Shown here: positions 43,610 to 56,089 of the stretch, piece after piece
Layout of the letters: the number at the start of each line of letters is the position of its first letter
Numbering within the stretch: position 1 is the first letter of the stretch
Assembly (NCBI GenBank): GCA_951406725.2
Contig: OX597820.1
Location: 124,868,001-124,932,000, forward strand
Reading direction: 5' to 3'
Length of the DNA: 64,000 nucleotides
From: Octopus vulgaris
Taxonomy: Eukaryota
Made by a program: the position numbers and the translations under genes
Notes under the pieces: model-generated
Database searches by the model: none
What the model saw: only the letters and a program-made list of their open reading frames with translations
What the model was told of the DNA's origin: nothing

Positions 43610-44775
43610 GTCGTAGCGCTCTGTTGACGCAGTCAACGCACATAAAACTGTATGCATACATGCTGGGAGCGAGGGTAGATAGTCGGAAAGTGGCGATCCT
43701 GATATACCTTTACCGCACGCTTTCAGTTTTAGGCCGAAGCGTCAGGAGGCACGGCCCAAATCACCAGTTTCCGGACAACACATGCATAGGCATATATGTT
43801 GTCTCCATAAAAAATTACGGATGATTTAGCAAATCACACATAGATAATTGATAGACAGATAATTACACTAGACTGCTAGTTATCACTGTTTCATCTAAAA
43901 AGAAACTGGCGATCTGTGCTGACCCTTTTGACGATGCTTTGGCCTACTGCTGAAATCGTACGGTAAAACGAGATCACGATCACCACTTTCGATGTATCTA
44001 TGGTCGCTGCCAGCATGTATGTATACAATGTTATGTTCGTTGACAGCTGCAACATAGCCCTTCCTCTCTCAATTCTAGTAGTGCATGTGCTCTTAACACC
44101 CTCAAACATAATGATATTTAGTGCTTTCCTTTTTCTGTTTAAATATTGCTAATTAGCTGCCTCATTTAATTATTTGTGTAGACATTAGCGATTTATTATA
44201 TCATCCATAACTTTTCATGGAATAAACATATATGCCCGTGGCTGGGTTGACCGGAAACTGGCGCTCTACGCTACACAATTGTCACTAGTTGTGACTGACG
44301 GTATAGCGTAGCATCTACATTGATATAACTAAGAGCTACTAGATTGTATTGTGATCTCACTTGGCACGTGGCTGTTATCTCCCCTGTCATTGCATAGAGT
44401 GAGATTTCTGCAGCTATAAGGGACCTTATCCCTGACAATGCATGTGCTCTCCCGCACTCTCAGTGACAATTGATCTTTCCTTTTTGATTTTATATTTCGT
44501 ATACCCGCTTTCATATTTTCTAAATTTCAAATTACCATTTTGCTGAATCAGCCACTTATTCATATATGAAATACTATATACTGACAGTTGAAATGTAGCC
44601 AAACCATTACATAATGGATTAGCACCAATAATGAGCATTAATTCTAAGTGGTAACTAGACTAGTATTGTGATCTCGATCGCTGTGGTATGCTTCCTTCGG
44701 CTATAATGGCTTTTAGCGCTTATTTCTGACAATGTATGTGCTACTCAAAACCGTCGGTCATAATTAGTGACAACT
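43610..44775. repeat. mosaic of diverged inverted and direct repeats
   Basis: 43610-43772 inverted to 43900-44068; 43762-43865 inverted to 44150-44262; 44277-44322 inverted to 44725-44773; 44330-44470 directly similar to 44645-44775. Confidence 0.75.
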
Positions 44776-44803
44776 TAAATTTTCCTTTTCCGATTTATAT
44801 TAC

Positions 44804-44861
<58 letters not shown>

Positions 44862-44867
<6 letters not shown>

Positions 44868-45912
44868 TGATACTTTGATAGGTTTCGGCCAGTGTTGGCC
44901 CAGGCCATGTCTAATTAAATAGCACCACCCAGCAAAGTTATACAAATTACGAATCGGAAATACCTCGAGCAGAGAGTTATTGTTTACGGAGACATATCCG
45001 GATGTAGTAGGTTTATCCATGACCTTTTGAAGGAATTTGTTGAAAGACTTCTTAAAATTTATGGGACCTGTTTTTGCTCTAATGTGCTTTGGTGCAACTT
45101 TATAGAGAGCGGGGCCAAATGAGGTGAAATAATTGTGACATATTGTTATGTGATGCGTGTATGATTTATGCTGTGGGCAGGTGAGACGGGGCCCAATACT
45201 TCAGTTTATCTCAAAGGCAATGACAACGTCATTTGGGCAATGCTGATGGAATATTGTCCACCTCATGCTGATGATGTAGCGCTCACGGCGACGTTGGAGA
45301 GAATAAAGCGTGAGCTTTTCTAGTCGGCCCCAATAGCCAAGGCCTGTCATGCCATCTATGTTTTTTGCAATTAACCTTCGAAATGCTTCAGCTTTCATGA
45401 TACTTTGCTTTGTGTGGGAGACCACAGTGTGGTCGGGCACAAGTGGAGATGAGAAGGATAATGGTGTGGATATCTCTCGTCAGGAATGTTCTGAGAATCC
45501 AGGAACACATTCTGCGGGCCATGTGAACTCTGCTGTTTATATGAGCGGTCCAGCTTTTGTTGTTGTTCACAATTGCTCCCAAGTCTCTGATGTTGCTGTA
45601 TGCCATGAGAGCTTCACGGGAAGTAAGGGTGTCCTGTTTTCCGAAGTGAATTAACTCACATTGTCCTCGTTTAGCAACATATCCCTCCCCCATTGAACGA
45701 CATCCAGTGGATCTGCTTGAAGTCCTGCCCAGTCAACCATTTCAATGATTACCTGCATCTTGGAATCATCTGCAAAGATTCTTATAATGCTGTACTTCAT
45801 GATGTCAGTAATGTCGTTGATGTAGATGAAAGTAGCGGGCCCAACACAGTGACTTGTGGATCACCACTACTGACTTTGGCTGGGTTTGATTTTACTCCTT
45901 CGACTATAACTG
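44862..45912 (-). mobile_element. CR1-group LINE, older decayed copy 3
   Basis: [66 protein letters not shown]; 3' end GGCCGAAACCTATCAAAGTATCACAG followed by (TA)n. Confidence 0.9.
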
Positions 45913-46482
45913 AATTGTGATTAATTTTGTTTATTGCTGCTAAGACATCGAGTGCCCCAAACGTTATGTCCGATATGGTGTGATATACATACATATGTGT
46001 GTGGATGTGCGTGTGCATGTATGTATATATTCATATATATATTCATATTTATATATATATATGCAGATGAGGATATGTACTGACATTATCAAGCATTAAA
46101 TATAGACACATACACGCATATACTTTTGCATCGATTCCTCAGTGCAATAATTCAAAGTATTATAAATACTCCTTCCCCTGCTAGAAGTTTATAAAGTCGG
46201 TTTACCAGACATATATATATATATATATTTATATCCTTGCCTTCCTGGAAGGGACGTCGCAGGATCAGAGTAGAATTATTGCACGATTTGGAATTGCATT
46301 ACTTACCAATTACTTTCACGCAATTTACTGATATCTAGTTACGTCTGGTAAGACGCGATGCATAGTTTCTGATAAAAAGGTTATATAATATTGGAAAACT
46401 ATTAAAACTTACTGAATATTTTTCTATTTCTTAATGAGAAGATCTAGAGAAGACATTTCAGGAAGGAGACGTACGTACGTAA

Positions 46483-46523
46483 TATATATATATGTATATA
46501 TATACATACACATAGGTATATAA

Positions 46524-46589
<66 letters not shown>

Positions 46590-46608
46590 GTATATATATA
46601 CACAAATG

Positions 46609-46640
<32 letters not shown>

Positions 46641-46697
46641 CACAAAGGTATATATGTATGTATATATATATATATATATATATTCACACACACACAC

Positions 46698-46751
<54 letters not shown>

Positions 46752-46760
46752 AAGAGAGAG
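46483..46760. repeat. compound (TA)n/(CA)n/(GA)n microsatellite
   Basis: Direct reading. Confidence 0.9.
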
Positions 46761-48361
46761 AGAGATACATATTTACATACATAAGTAATACATACACTGA
46801 CATGTTAGCATAAATGTTTTTAAAAATATTTTCTTTGCTAGGACTGATGTATTGAATTTCAATGACAAGCTTCTAAAAATCTTTAGATGATTAAAGCAGT
46901 TAACTTCTACGTTCGTGCTAGACATGTCAGTTCGACTAAAACATTATACTATATCACCAGTGAATAGGTTGTCAATATACATTATCTATTTTGAAACGTA
47001 CTGAACAATCTGCTCAATAATCACCATAACATGAAAAATATAAACAAAAAATATGCAACTCTGTCGTATTCATTTGATATCGAAGATATTTTCAGTCTCA
47101 GAGACAAGCTCCGAATTCAAGCCGTTTATTCTTTCTTCAAACGAAGAATACAATAAAAAAAGATCATTATACGTGATGGCCACATGGAAAAAATTAAATA
47201 TAAAGCCAAAAAATTAAAACTTTAAATGCGTATTCTAAATTCTCGATTTGCTGTCAGTTTTAACACTCTACTGATCTCTATATTTAATGAGACACCATAT
47301 ATTTCCATTTAATTAGTTATCCTGTATACAATACCACAGATAATATGCTTCGAAACTGTCTGTCAGTATTTTTACCTTAACGGATATCAAACTGGTTCAG
47401 AACGAAGGAGTTGTTCTACAATTTATCCTCCAATATTTCTTCAGCTACTTTAATGCCAATCCACCCTAGACCGCCACCAGTTCTTTGAGGCTTTTTTTTT
47501 TGTTCTTTTGAAGAATTCTAAAGTAAAACCTAACAACATTTCCTGTTAATTTGTGTTCGAAGAGTTTAATAACGACAATCTTATTTCAATATATTCTTCA
47601 TTAATTTCAAGATAAATGGATCTAAATTTAATCTATTTTAATGGAATTATTGTAACAAAAATGTTTAATAATAATTATAAGACCTTTAAAAAATTAGTTC
47701 TTGTTTAAATATAAAATGTTAGAGATTATCTACAAATTTATTTATTGAGACACAAAGCCAACAAAATTAACACACTCCAAAGTTGTTTTTAGTTAGTTCC
47801 TATTTTAGGACGCTAATATATTACATACCTTGATGGACATCAGCAATTATCAATTGCATTTTGTTACATGTAGATGCGCCTGATTCATAATAGTGGGTGT
47901 AAATTTAACGCTGAAATAAGCGTGTTTGAACCGGAATGGCCGGAGAGCTAACGATTGCCCTCAGAGCTAACAATTTCTCAGAGAGCTAAGATTTAATCCA
48001 GCTTGACGCCATATATTATATAAAGATTGTAAATGAATATATAGCACTTCTTTCTATTTCAGTTCGCAAAATTTCAGTTGGTTTACTAATATCTTTGAAA
48101 TTGATCAATAGGGAATTATATTTATTTCATTTAAAATAATTATTTTTATGTTGTAACGTGTTATTCAATATGTATTTATTTCGTTGCATGAAAAATACAG
48201 TATTCGTGCTATGTGTTATTACTGGGATAGACGTGTACCATAACATGAAGAAGTATACTACAGCATGTCTAAAGATATATCATAATAAGATTTCAAACGA
48301 AAGCTGAATCTATTTCTCTCTCACTTTCTCTCTCTATCTCTCAATCTCTGTATGCATATAT

Positions 48362-48650
48362 ATGGGTTCAGGCACACTGTGTCACACGTTGGGCTGGCGT
48401 CATCTACAATTTCTTAAAGTCGACCAGTGTCTTGTAAGTAGATTTGGAATATATGTGTATATATCCATGTGTGTGCGTGTTTTGTACTTATTTCTGTCAC
48501 CTCTTCCCCATCGTTCGGCAACTGGGATTGAATATTTACGTCCAGTGACAGACTTTGAAAAATTTATTCAAGTCGATTTGTCTGACAAATATCTACTATG
48601 CTGTACTTCAGCAAGTCTGCGGGCTAATGACTGAAATATGTAAACGATAA
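48362..48650 (+). mobile_element. highly diverged SINE family A
   Basis: GGGTTCAGGCACACTG...GTCGACCAGTGTCTTGTAAGTAGATTTGG...GACTGAAATATGTAAA. Confidence 0.55.
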
Positions 48651-48736
48651 AATATAAATATACACATATTCATATACATATATACATACATACATACATA
48701 CAGAATACATGCATAATATATGCATACAAACACACA

Positions 48737-48796
<60 letters not shown>

Positions 48797-49529
48797 AAAT
48801 AATATGTTAATCCTCGGCAATATATTCAACCAAATAAATCGTATGTGATATGGCAGATGCACATCTACCATACGTTTCAAAATTACAAATTGCGCATATT
48901 AATCAAATGACTTATAATGTCATTACAATTACATAGCATAATGTAGGATAAAATTCGTCTATAGAAAATACCACATACAGTAAAAGAACAGATACACCGA
49001 GATTTTGACTTATGAAGATTGGAAATTGTAAGCTTCATCTCCAGTTATTTAACTCCATGTTGTATAAGTTATGTGTATATTGTGGGTGGCTAAAGGAAGT
49101 GAATATTCTTCAGTTTCAGATGAAAGATTTCGCTATGTATTCTAGAGTTTCTCAGCGGATTGCCGGAGTGATTTGGTATAAAATACATGTGATTGCTAAT
49201 TTAAAAGTTGCATACTAATACGTGTACTTATTGTTAGATATGTGTTAGATATATATAGCTCTCAAACATTGCAAAGAGTCAGCAAATGCTGCTAAAATTT
49301 GGCCGCCACTATACTGCAAGCTGGCGCCCTTACGTTGGATATATATACTAAAAGTCATAACGTGACAACCTAAAAATAAAAATTAAAAAATAGATTAACA
49401 AATATAATTAATATTGATACAACGAAAAGGGGCAGAGAATACAGAAATTAAAAAATAGCACGTGACTTTGTTCACACACATTACACATACGGGTCTGCAT
49501 GAGTGTATGTATATATACATATGTGTGGG

Positions 49530-50209
<680 letters not shown>

Positions 50210-50559
50210 CTTAGAACTCAATGAATTTTCTGATAGCACATGCTGAGATAAAAATTATAAAAGAACAAACGAAGTGGGACTGAATGAGTGTAACAGACAG
50301 TAACGCCAGGCCATTAAAACGCTTTGCTCTGAATACGCTGGTCTTTTAATCAAACTAAAACCTCAACCTTTTATCGTAAACTGTATCTAGATCAGTTGTA
50401 TCACACAAAAACACACACAGAATTACATATATTTATATAAAATATTAAACGGTTTTTATTTTCACAATAACATACACATAACATATTAATGATTTCCTGA
50501 ATCTAGAAACAAATATAAGCCCGCAGCAGATACATTCTGATTCTTCAAGTGCAGAGCCG

Positions 50560-50678
50560 GCCACCACACCCTGCCGGAAACTCGTAGAGATTTAAGTGTT
50601 TTCGCTCAATTAACACTCGCAGCACCCGGTCTATTAATCGAAACCACCATCCTGCAACCGCGAGTCCGCCGCCATGGC

Positions 50679-50682
<4 letters not shown>
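50560..50682 (-). mobile_element. tRNA-derived SINE fragment (family C)
   Basis: AAGTGTTTTCGCTCAA...AATCGAAACCACCATC...ATGGCCACT, the reverse of a tRNA-like head plus body. Confidence 0.45.
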
Positions 50683-50717
<35 letters not shown>

Positions 50718-51123
50718 ATAAATATGGAAAATGATGCTATAGAGCGGTCAGTCCTCTAAAGTGTATCCCCATACAGAACGACAAATAAGTTCATAAGATC
50801 CTTGAAGAAGAGTGAACAAATGCGGAGCTGAAAGAAATCAAATAAAACTGGTGATACATTATTACTAAAGATCCAGGTTTTAAATATGCAGTAGCAATAA
50901 CTAATTAAGATCTTGCTTCTGCTCAAACAACAAAGAGTGGTAGCGAAAGCGAGAAAGAGAAAAATAACATAGAAAGCAAAACTATGAAGAATATCAGTAA
51001 AAGAAAACCCACTCATTCTACAAAATCGTGTTTGTCTCAGTACTCTTTGGCTCGAGAAGAGTGCAATAGAAATGAGATTTACTTAGTGACAGAATTTGAC
51101 GTTGGAGACAGTGAAAATATATA

Positions 51124-51512
51124 TACTCTTTACTCTTTTGCTCTTTTACTTGTTTCAGTCATTCGACTGCGGCCATGCTGGATCACCGCCTTTATAGTCG
51201 AGCAAATCGACCACAGAGCTTATTCTTTGTAAGCCTAGTACTCAGTCTATCGGTCTCTTTTGGCGAACCGCTAAGTTATGGGAACGTAAACACACCAGCA
51301 TCGATTGTCAAGAGATGTTGGGGGACAAACACATATTCATATATGCGACGGGATTCTTCCAGTTTCCGTCTATCAAATTCACTCACAAGGCTTTAGTCGG
51401 CCTGAGGCTATAGAAGAAGAAGACACTTGCCCAAGGTGCCAGGCAGTGCGACTGAACCCGGGACCATGTGGTTGGTAAGTAAGCTACTTACCACACAGCC
51501 ACTTCTGCGCCT
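51124..51512 (-). mobile_element. tRNA-derived SINE family A, full length, internal TA tract mostly absent
   Basis: Minus head GGCGCAGAAGTGGCTGTGTGGTAAGTAGCTTACTTACCAACCACATGGTCCCGGGTTCAGTC and (AAAGAGTA)n-like tail; shows the uninterrupted form of the 8586 target site. Confidence 0.92.
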
Positions 51513-52249
51513 GAATATGTGAAATTTTTTTCGGATTATATTAAAGGTGAATAGTTGTGATTTTTATTTTGTTTTGGTTAAAATATACGTTTTTGAATAA
51601 CTTTTCTGAAATCATAATGAGAACAAAATAACATTAGAGTATTTCTCCCCATGAAATCACTGAGTTGTACAGAAAAACACGTAATCATGCAAGAAAGAAA
51701 TCTGAGAACATTTAACATAGAAATATAACGTTGCTGTTGTGCCTAATAAGAATGAGAAAGATTCTGTTTAATCCGTTGATAGCAACACGGAAACGACTGC
51801 GACGACAATGTGAATACACGACGTTGCCCTCAAGCCTTCGCAAATATATCTGATAAAGAAATTTTAGATATAAATATGATCCAGACAGTAAGATAATGTT
51901 GGCAGAAATTTGTTAGTTTGTTTAGGATTTCACGCAAGATCTTCTATGAGAATGTTGACACATTTTTCAAAATGGAAGAGAGACTGGGGGAAGAGAAAGA
52001 GAGAGAAGCGGGGATTATACATTTTGAGACGTTATCAATAGAGTCGTGGCCAGCGTTTTATACAGTAACATGCACGGTGTATGGGATAGCGTCTGCGTCA
52101 TTTCGCGACTGAAAGAAAGGTCTACAAGCAGAGTTAGTGTTATATAAACACATCCATGCTCTTGCAATGTAGTTGATATGACGACAGTGTAACGAAAATA
52201 TGAGAATCAGGCTTATCGTACGTGTATTTGGCTTCTTGTTACCTGTGTA

Positions 52250-52950
52250 GCATAATAAGGCCGGGTGATAAGCAAATCAATGTTCAAGTTCTTATGAAAT
52301 CTTAAATATTTAGAGATATATTTGAGCTAGCTATATCCTGTCCAAGACAGAAATTTGAGTACATACACCAATGGTACTTAGCTAAGTGGTTGAGGCTGAT
52401 GGAGTAAATGTCATATGAATATTTTCAATCACAAGTGGCTTGAAAGCCAAATAAAAATCGAATACCAAGAGGAAATTAGCAACTGGAGTACGCATCTGAA
52501 AACTTCCCACCCTTGAACAACGTCCTTTTAAATTTCCATCAATGGCTCAGGGATTGTCTCATTCTTCATCCCTGAATCGGTTAATGCTCTCAGACACACG
52601 AAAATATCTCCATGTCACCATATATCTTCATGCAATGGATGAGATCTATGAACATTTTGAGAGTACTTAGAGATAAGTGTAGAAGATAAAAAATAAGTAA
52701 AGAAGAAAGAAGTTGGAGAAAAAATCAAACCACATAAATAGGACCTCCTCCTCTTAAAATAATATGAAGTCGACAGAGAGAATTAACTGGGCGTCTACCA
52801 AACGGAAACGGCTTTAAATTAGAATGAAAAAAGGTGTAAAAGGGGAATATGAAAGGTATTTGTTTGAGACTAAACAGCGGATTATTAAATAACATATCAA
52901 AGATGATTGCCTAAACTAAGATACAATTTCCTAACGTAATAACAATCAAA
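52250..52950 (+). mobile_element. very decayed RTE-like remnant
   Basis: Weak motifs WMRSMNILRV and LLKII*SRQRELTGRL; many stops. Confidence 0.35.
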
Positions 52951-53577
52951 ATGAAACTACAGATTTAGCAGCCTTTTAGACTGGCCAACAAAAAACTGCT
53001 TTAGAGTACCATACGTATAGCCAGCCACTATACAACAAAATGCAGGAAGAGCGCAGTAGTAGATTGTTTAATGCCAATCTAAATGTTATGTAATTGTTTG
53101 TCGTAATATATGCTCTTGTAGTTTAGTATTTTCTTACATAATCTCATACATTTTTCATTTAATCTTTATCTAATTTAACGTACTCATTTAATAACAATCT
53201 TGTCATAGGGATGACATAGGTTGGGTAACGGTCAGATCTTAACGCGTTGTAACAAGTATTTTCTTTTCCATTCTATTCATATCAAATCGAGTGTCTTCAA
53301 TGAATTGTGGGTGAAAGTGGAAAGTGTGATGAGTTTGAAGGGTGCCAACGGAAGAAGGCTGATTAATGCTGGATCTGTATGTGCTTCCACCGTTGTGAAC
53401 TTGAGGATGTAATTTTCTTTACTCGAGAACTTTTGTTGTTGAAATTCTTTCTTGTATTCTTTATACTTTTGGTTTTTGATGACTATTTCCCTTCATATAA
53501 ACCTCACATTTGTGTATTTGTATTTAGACCTTGCATTGCCCTCAATGGGTTACGATCCTGTGGCCAACAAAATAAAT

Positions 53578-53636
53578 CATCATCATCATCATCATCATCA
53601 TTGTCGTTGTCGTCATCGTCGTCGTCGTCATCAACG

Positions 53637-53680
<44 letters not shown>

Positions 53681-53700
53681 GCTGTTGTTGTTGTTATCAT
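53578..53700. repeat. (CAT)n(CGT)n(TAT)n(TGT)n microsatellite
   Basis: Direct reading. Confidence 0.9.
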
Positions 53701-53749
53701 AGCTAATGGTGTGTTTTTTTTTAGCTCTGTTAGTTTATGACTAATTCAC

Positions 53750-55290
53750 TTGTTTAAACGTTTCTGTCATCCATGAATAATAAATCGATGACGTTTTGTT
53801 GGCGGCTTTTGAATTCATACCCAGCTTTTATTTTCCTCAGAATCAGCGTCAGTACAAAGATCAGTGGGGGCAGGCAGTCCCCTTGTAAGATGCCCCTCCT
53901 AATTTCTACTGTTCCTAAACTTATTATGTATGCTGTCAGGTCCGTCCTCCAATTCGCTATACGTTTTTCAAGCAATCGCTCAATATTCGATGCAATACCA
54001 AACAGGTTAAAACATTCCATTATCCAAGAATGTGGGATCACATCGTACTCCTTACGATAGTCAATCCATGACATGGCTAAGCTACGCTTCCTCTTTTAAT
54101 CTCTGAGTACAGCTGTATCTACCAGAAGTTGATCTTTGGTACCCCTGCACTTATGCTTGTAACCCTTCTGCTCATGTGGCAGGATTCCATTTTTTTCCAG
54201 ATGCTCGTACATTGACTCTGCGAATATTCCAAACAATATCTTCCACATAAGTGGCAACATGATATCGGCATTTAATTGTCTACAGTATTGCTTTTTTCGA
54301 TGTTTCTCAGGCACAGCACTGTCCTACCCAATTTCAACCACTCTAGTGTTCCTCGGTCGGCATTGCACAAGACGTTGAGTTGCGTAGCTATATTCGTGCA
54401 TGAAATTAACCAAATCTTTTGATCCAGTAGCCTTGAACTCCTTCAGTTCCCGGGGCCTTCCAGTTGCTCATTTTTTGGCTGATTCCCTTCAATTCCTTAA
54501 CTGAAATGATTAGTTCTACCTCTTTCGGACAGAATTCTGTTCGTTTCAGTTCTTGCAACCATTCAGCATCCTTCTTGTGCTCCTTGTCTTTGCTCCAGAT
54601 ATCGCTCTAAAACATTTGACTTTCAATGTTATTTGGTATCAACTTTTCATCTGTACACTCTCCATTTATTTCTTTATAGAATCTCTTCTGATCTACTCTG
54701 AATAACCTATTCTGCTGGTAACCCTTCGTTCTTTAATCGTATCTTACTATCTTTGCTTTCTTTGCAACGAGGCGCTGTTTCAGTTCCTCCAATACTACTT
54801 TCAGGCCATTACTTTCAATACTATACCTCCTTTTCAGAGCCCTGTATTTTTGTTTGCTGTTAAGTTCCCCTTTCTCTTTTCGGTCTAATACACAGATATT
54901 TCCTTCGAGAGCATGTCTAACTCTGCTTTTATTCTTTTTTTCCTGCATGGATCTTTTCTTTTGTCACTTCAATTATGTTTCTTTTTCTTGACATCGACAC
55001 TCAGATTTTCTGCTATAACAATACTTGCTGCCTTGATCAAATTATTTGTTTCTGCGATGTTGTTTGTTCTGATATATTTCAGAATGTCATTGACATTTTT
55101 CGTTTCTTGTTTCAATTTCCATCGATCAACCTTTTTAAGGCTGCAAATAATATCGCTATCGTTCTCCTGCACTCTTACCTTTATTTTGTCGTATATTTCC
55201 TTTTGTTCATCTGTCATGTTGCTATTAGTTTTATTGCCTTATTTTAGTTCATCTATATGTCTCTCATCATGTAAACGACCACTGCTTCTT
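53750..55290 (-). mobile_element. R4/Dong-like (RLE-type) non-LTR retrotransposon, N-terminus to RT core
   Basis: [58 protein letters not shown]; N-terminal ETNNLIKAASIVIAE and LEELKQRLVAK. Confidence 0.85.
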
Positions 55291-55297
55291 TCCTTAA

Positions 55298-56074
55298 GAT
55301 TTTATACCTGGAAAATTAAATAAGTTATTACACTTTGAAAAGTTCAGGACAACTTATTACATCTAGTAAAGTACAGAACAAGAACAATTTTACTTAAAAT
55401 AGAGCAGCTATGGATAAAATTTCAGTATTAAGAACTATTTGATTTTAAATTACGAAGTAACATTATGATGGAAAAAGGGTACTATTATTTTGTCAAAATA
55501 TTGACACACTAGAATACTTTAAAAAGTGTGAGCCAGAAATACCAATATAGCTAAAGCCTTATGCAACGTAGAATAGTATATATGGTTGGCAAATTCATTA
55601 TGTATTGGGTGAAGACTAACACTGTGAACACTTGGCAATAACTCAGACAATAACTCAAGCAAATTCTACTGTAGATTTTTTTATTACAGGAAGATTTTAC
55701 AGTAATATATAACTAATTTTTGTATTACTTTACTTATTGTACTAATTATTATGTACTACTATTATTTTTTATAACCTATTTTAACACATTTGATAATTAA
55801 TTAATAATTAAAAAAGTGAATCTTTTGAAAGTGCAAAAATATTTTAATTCAGTTATTTTAAATTTTTAATAGACGTAACAAGTAATAACGTGTAATAAAA
55901 TTTTAGTTTTAATGAAAGCTATTTTGTAAATCTAAATTTCTTTAGAAATTTTATCCGTATCTGCAATATTTTAAGTAAAAATTTTATTGCTCTGTACCGT
56001 ACCAGATGTTATAAGTTGTCCTAAACTTTTCCAAGTGTAATAATTTGTACTGCAATTTTCCAGGTTTTATAATC
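55298..56074. mobile_element. non-autonomous TIR element (~85-bp imperfect TIRs) flanked by TTAA
   Basis: GATTTTATACCTGGAAAATT...AAAAGTTCAGGACAACTTAT matches the reverse complement of ATAAGTTGTCCTAAACTTTTCC...AATTTTCCAGGTTTTATAATC; TTAA at 55294-55297 and 56075-56078. Confidence 0.75.
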
Positions 56075-56089
56075 TTAAGAATAATATTT

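Noticed and set aside
47940-47992. Three spaced AGAGCTAA motifs, superficially array-like
   Set aside because: Only an 8-bp core with short related spacers; not CRISPR-like, probably subterminal repeats or chance.
51430-51512. tRNA gene candidates (also 2923, 10261, 20260, 59560)
   Set aside because: A/B boxes are present but continue into SINE bodies and lack a proper cloverleaf.
53379-53706. Poly-Ser/Leu and poly-His/Tyr ORFs (also poly-Thr/Val at 30485-30823)
   Set aside because: Trinucleotide microsatellite translations.
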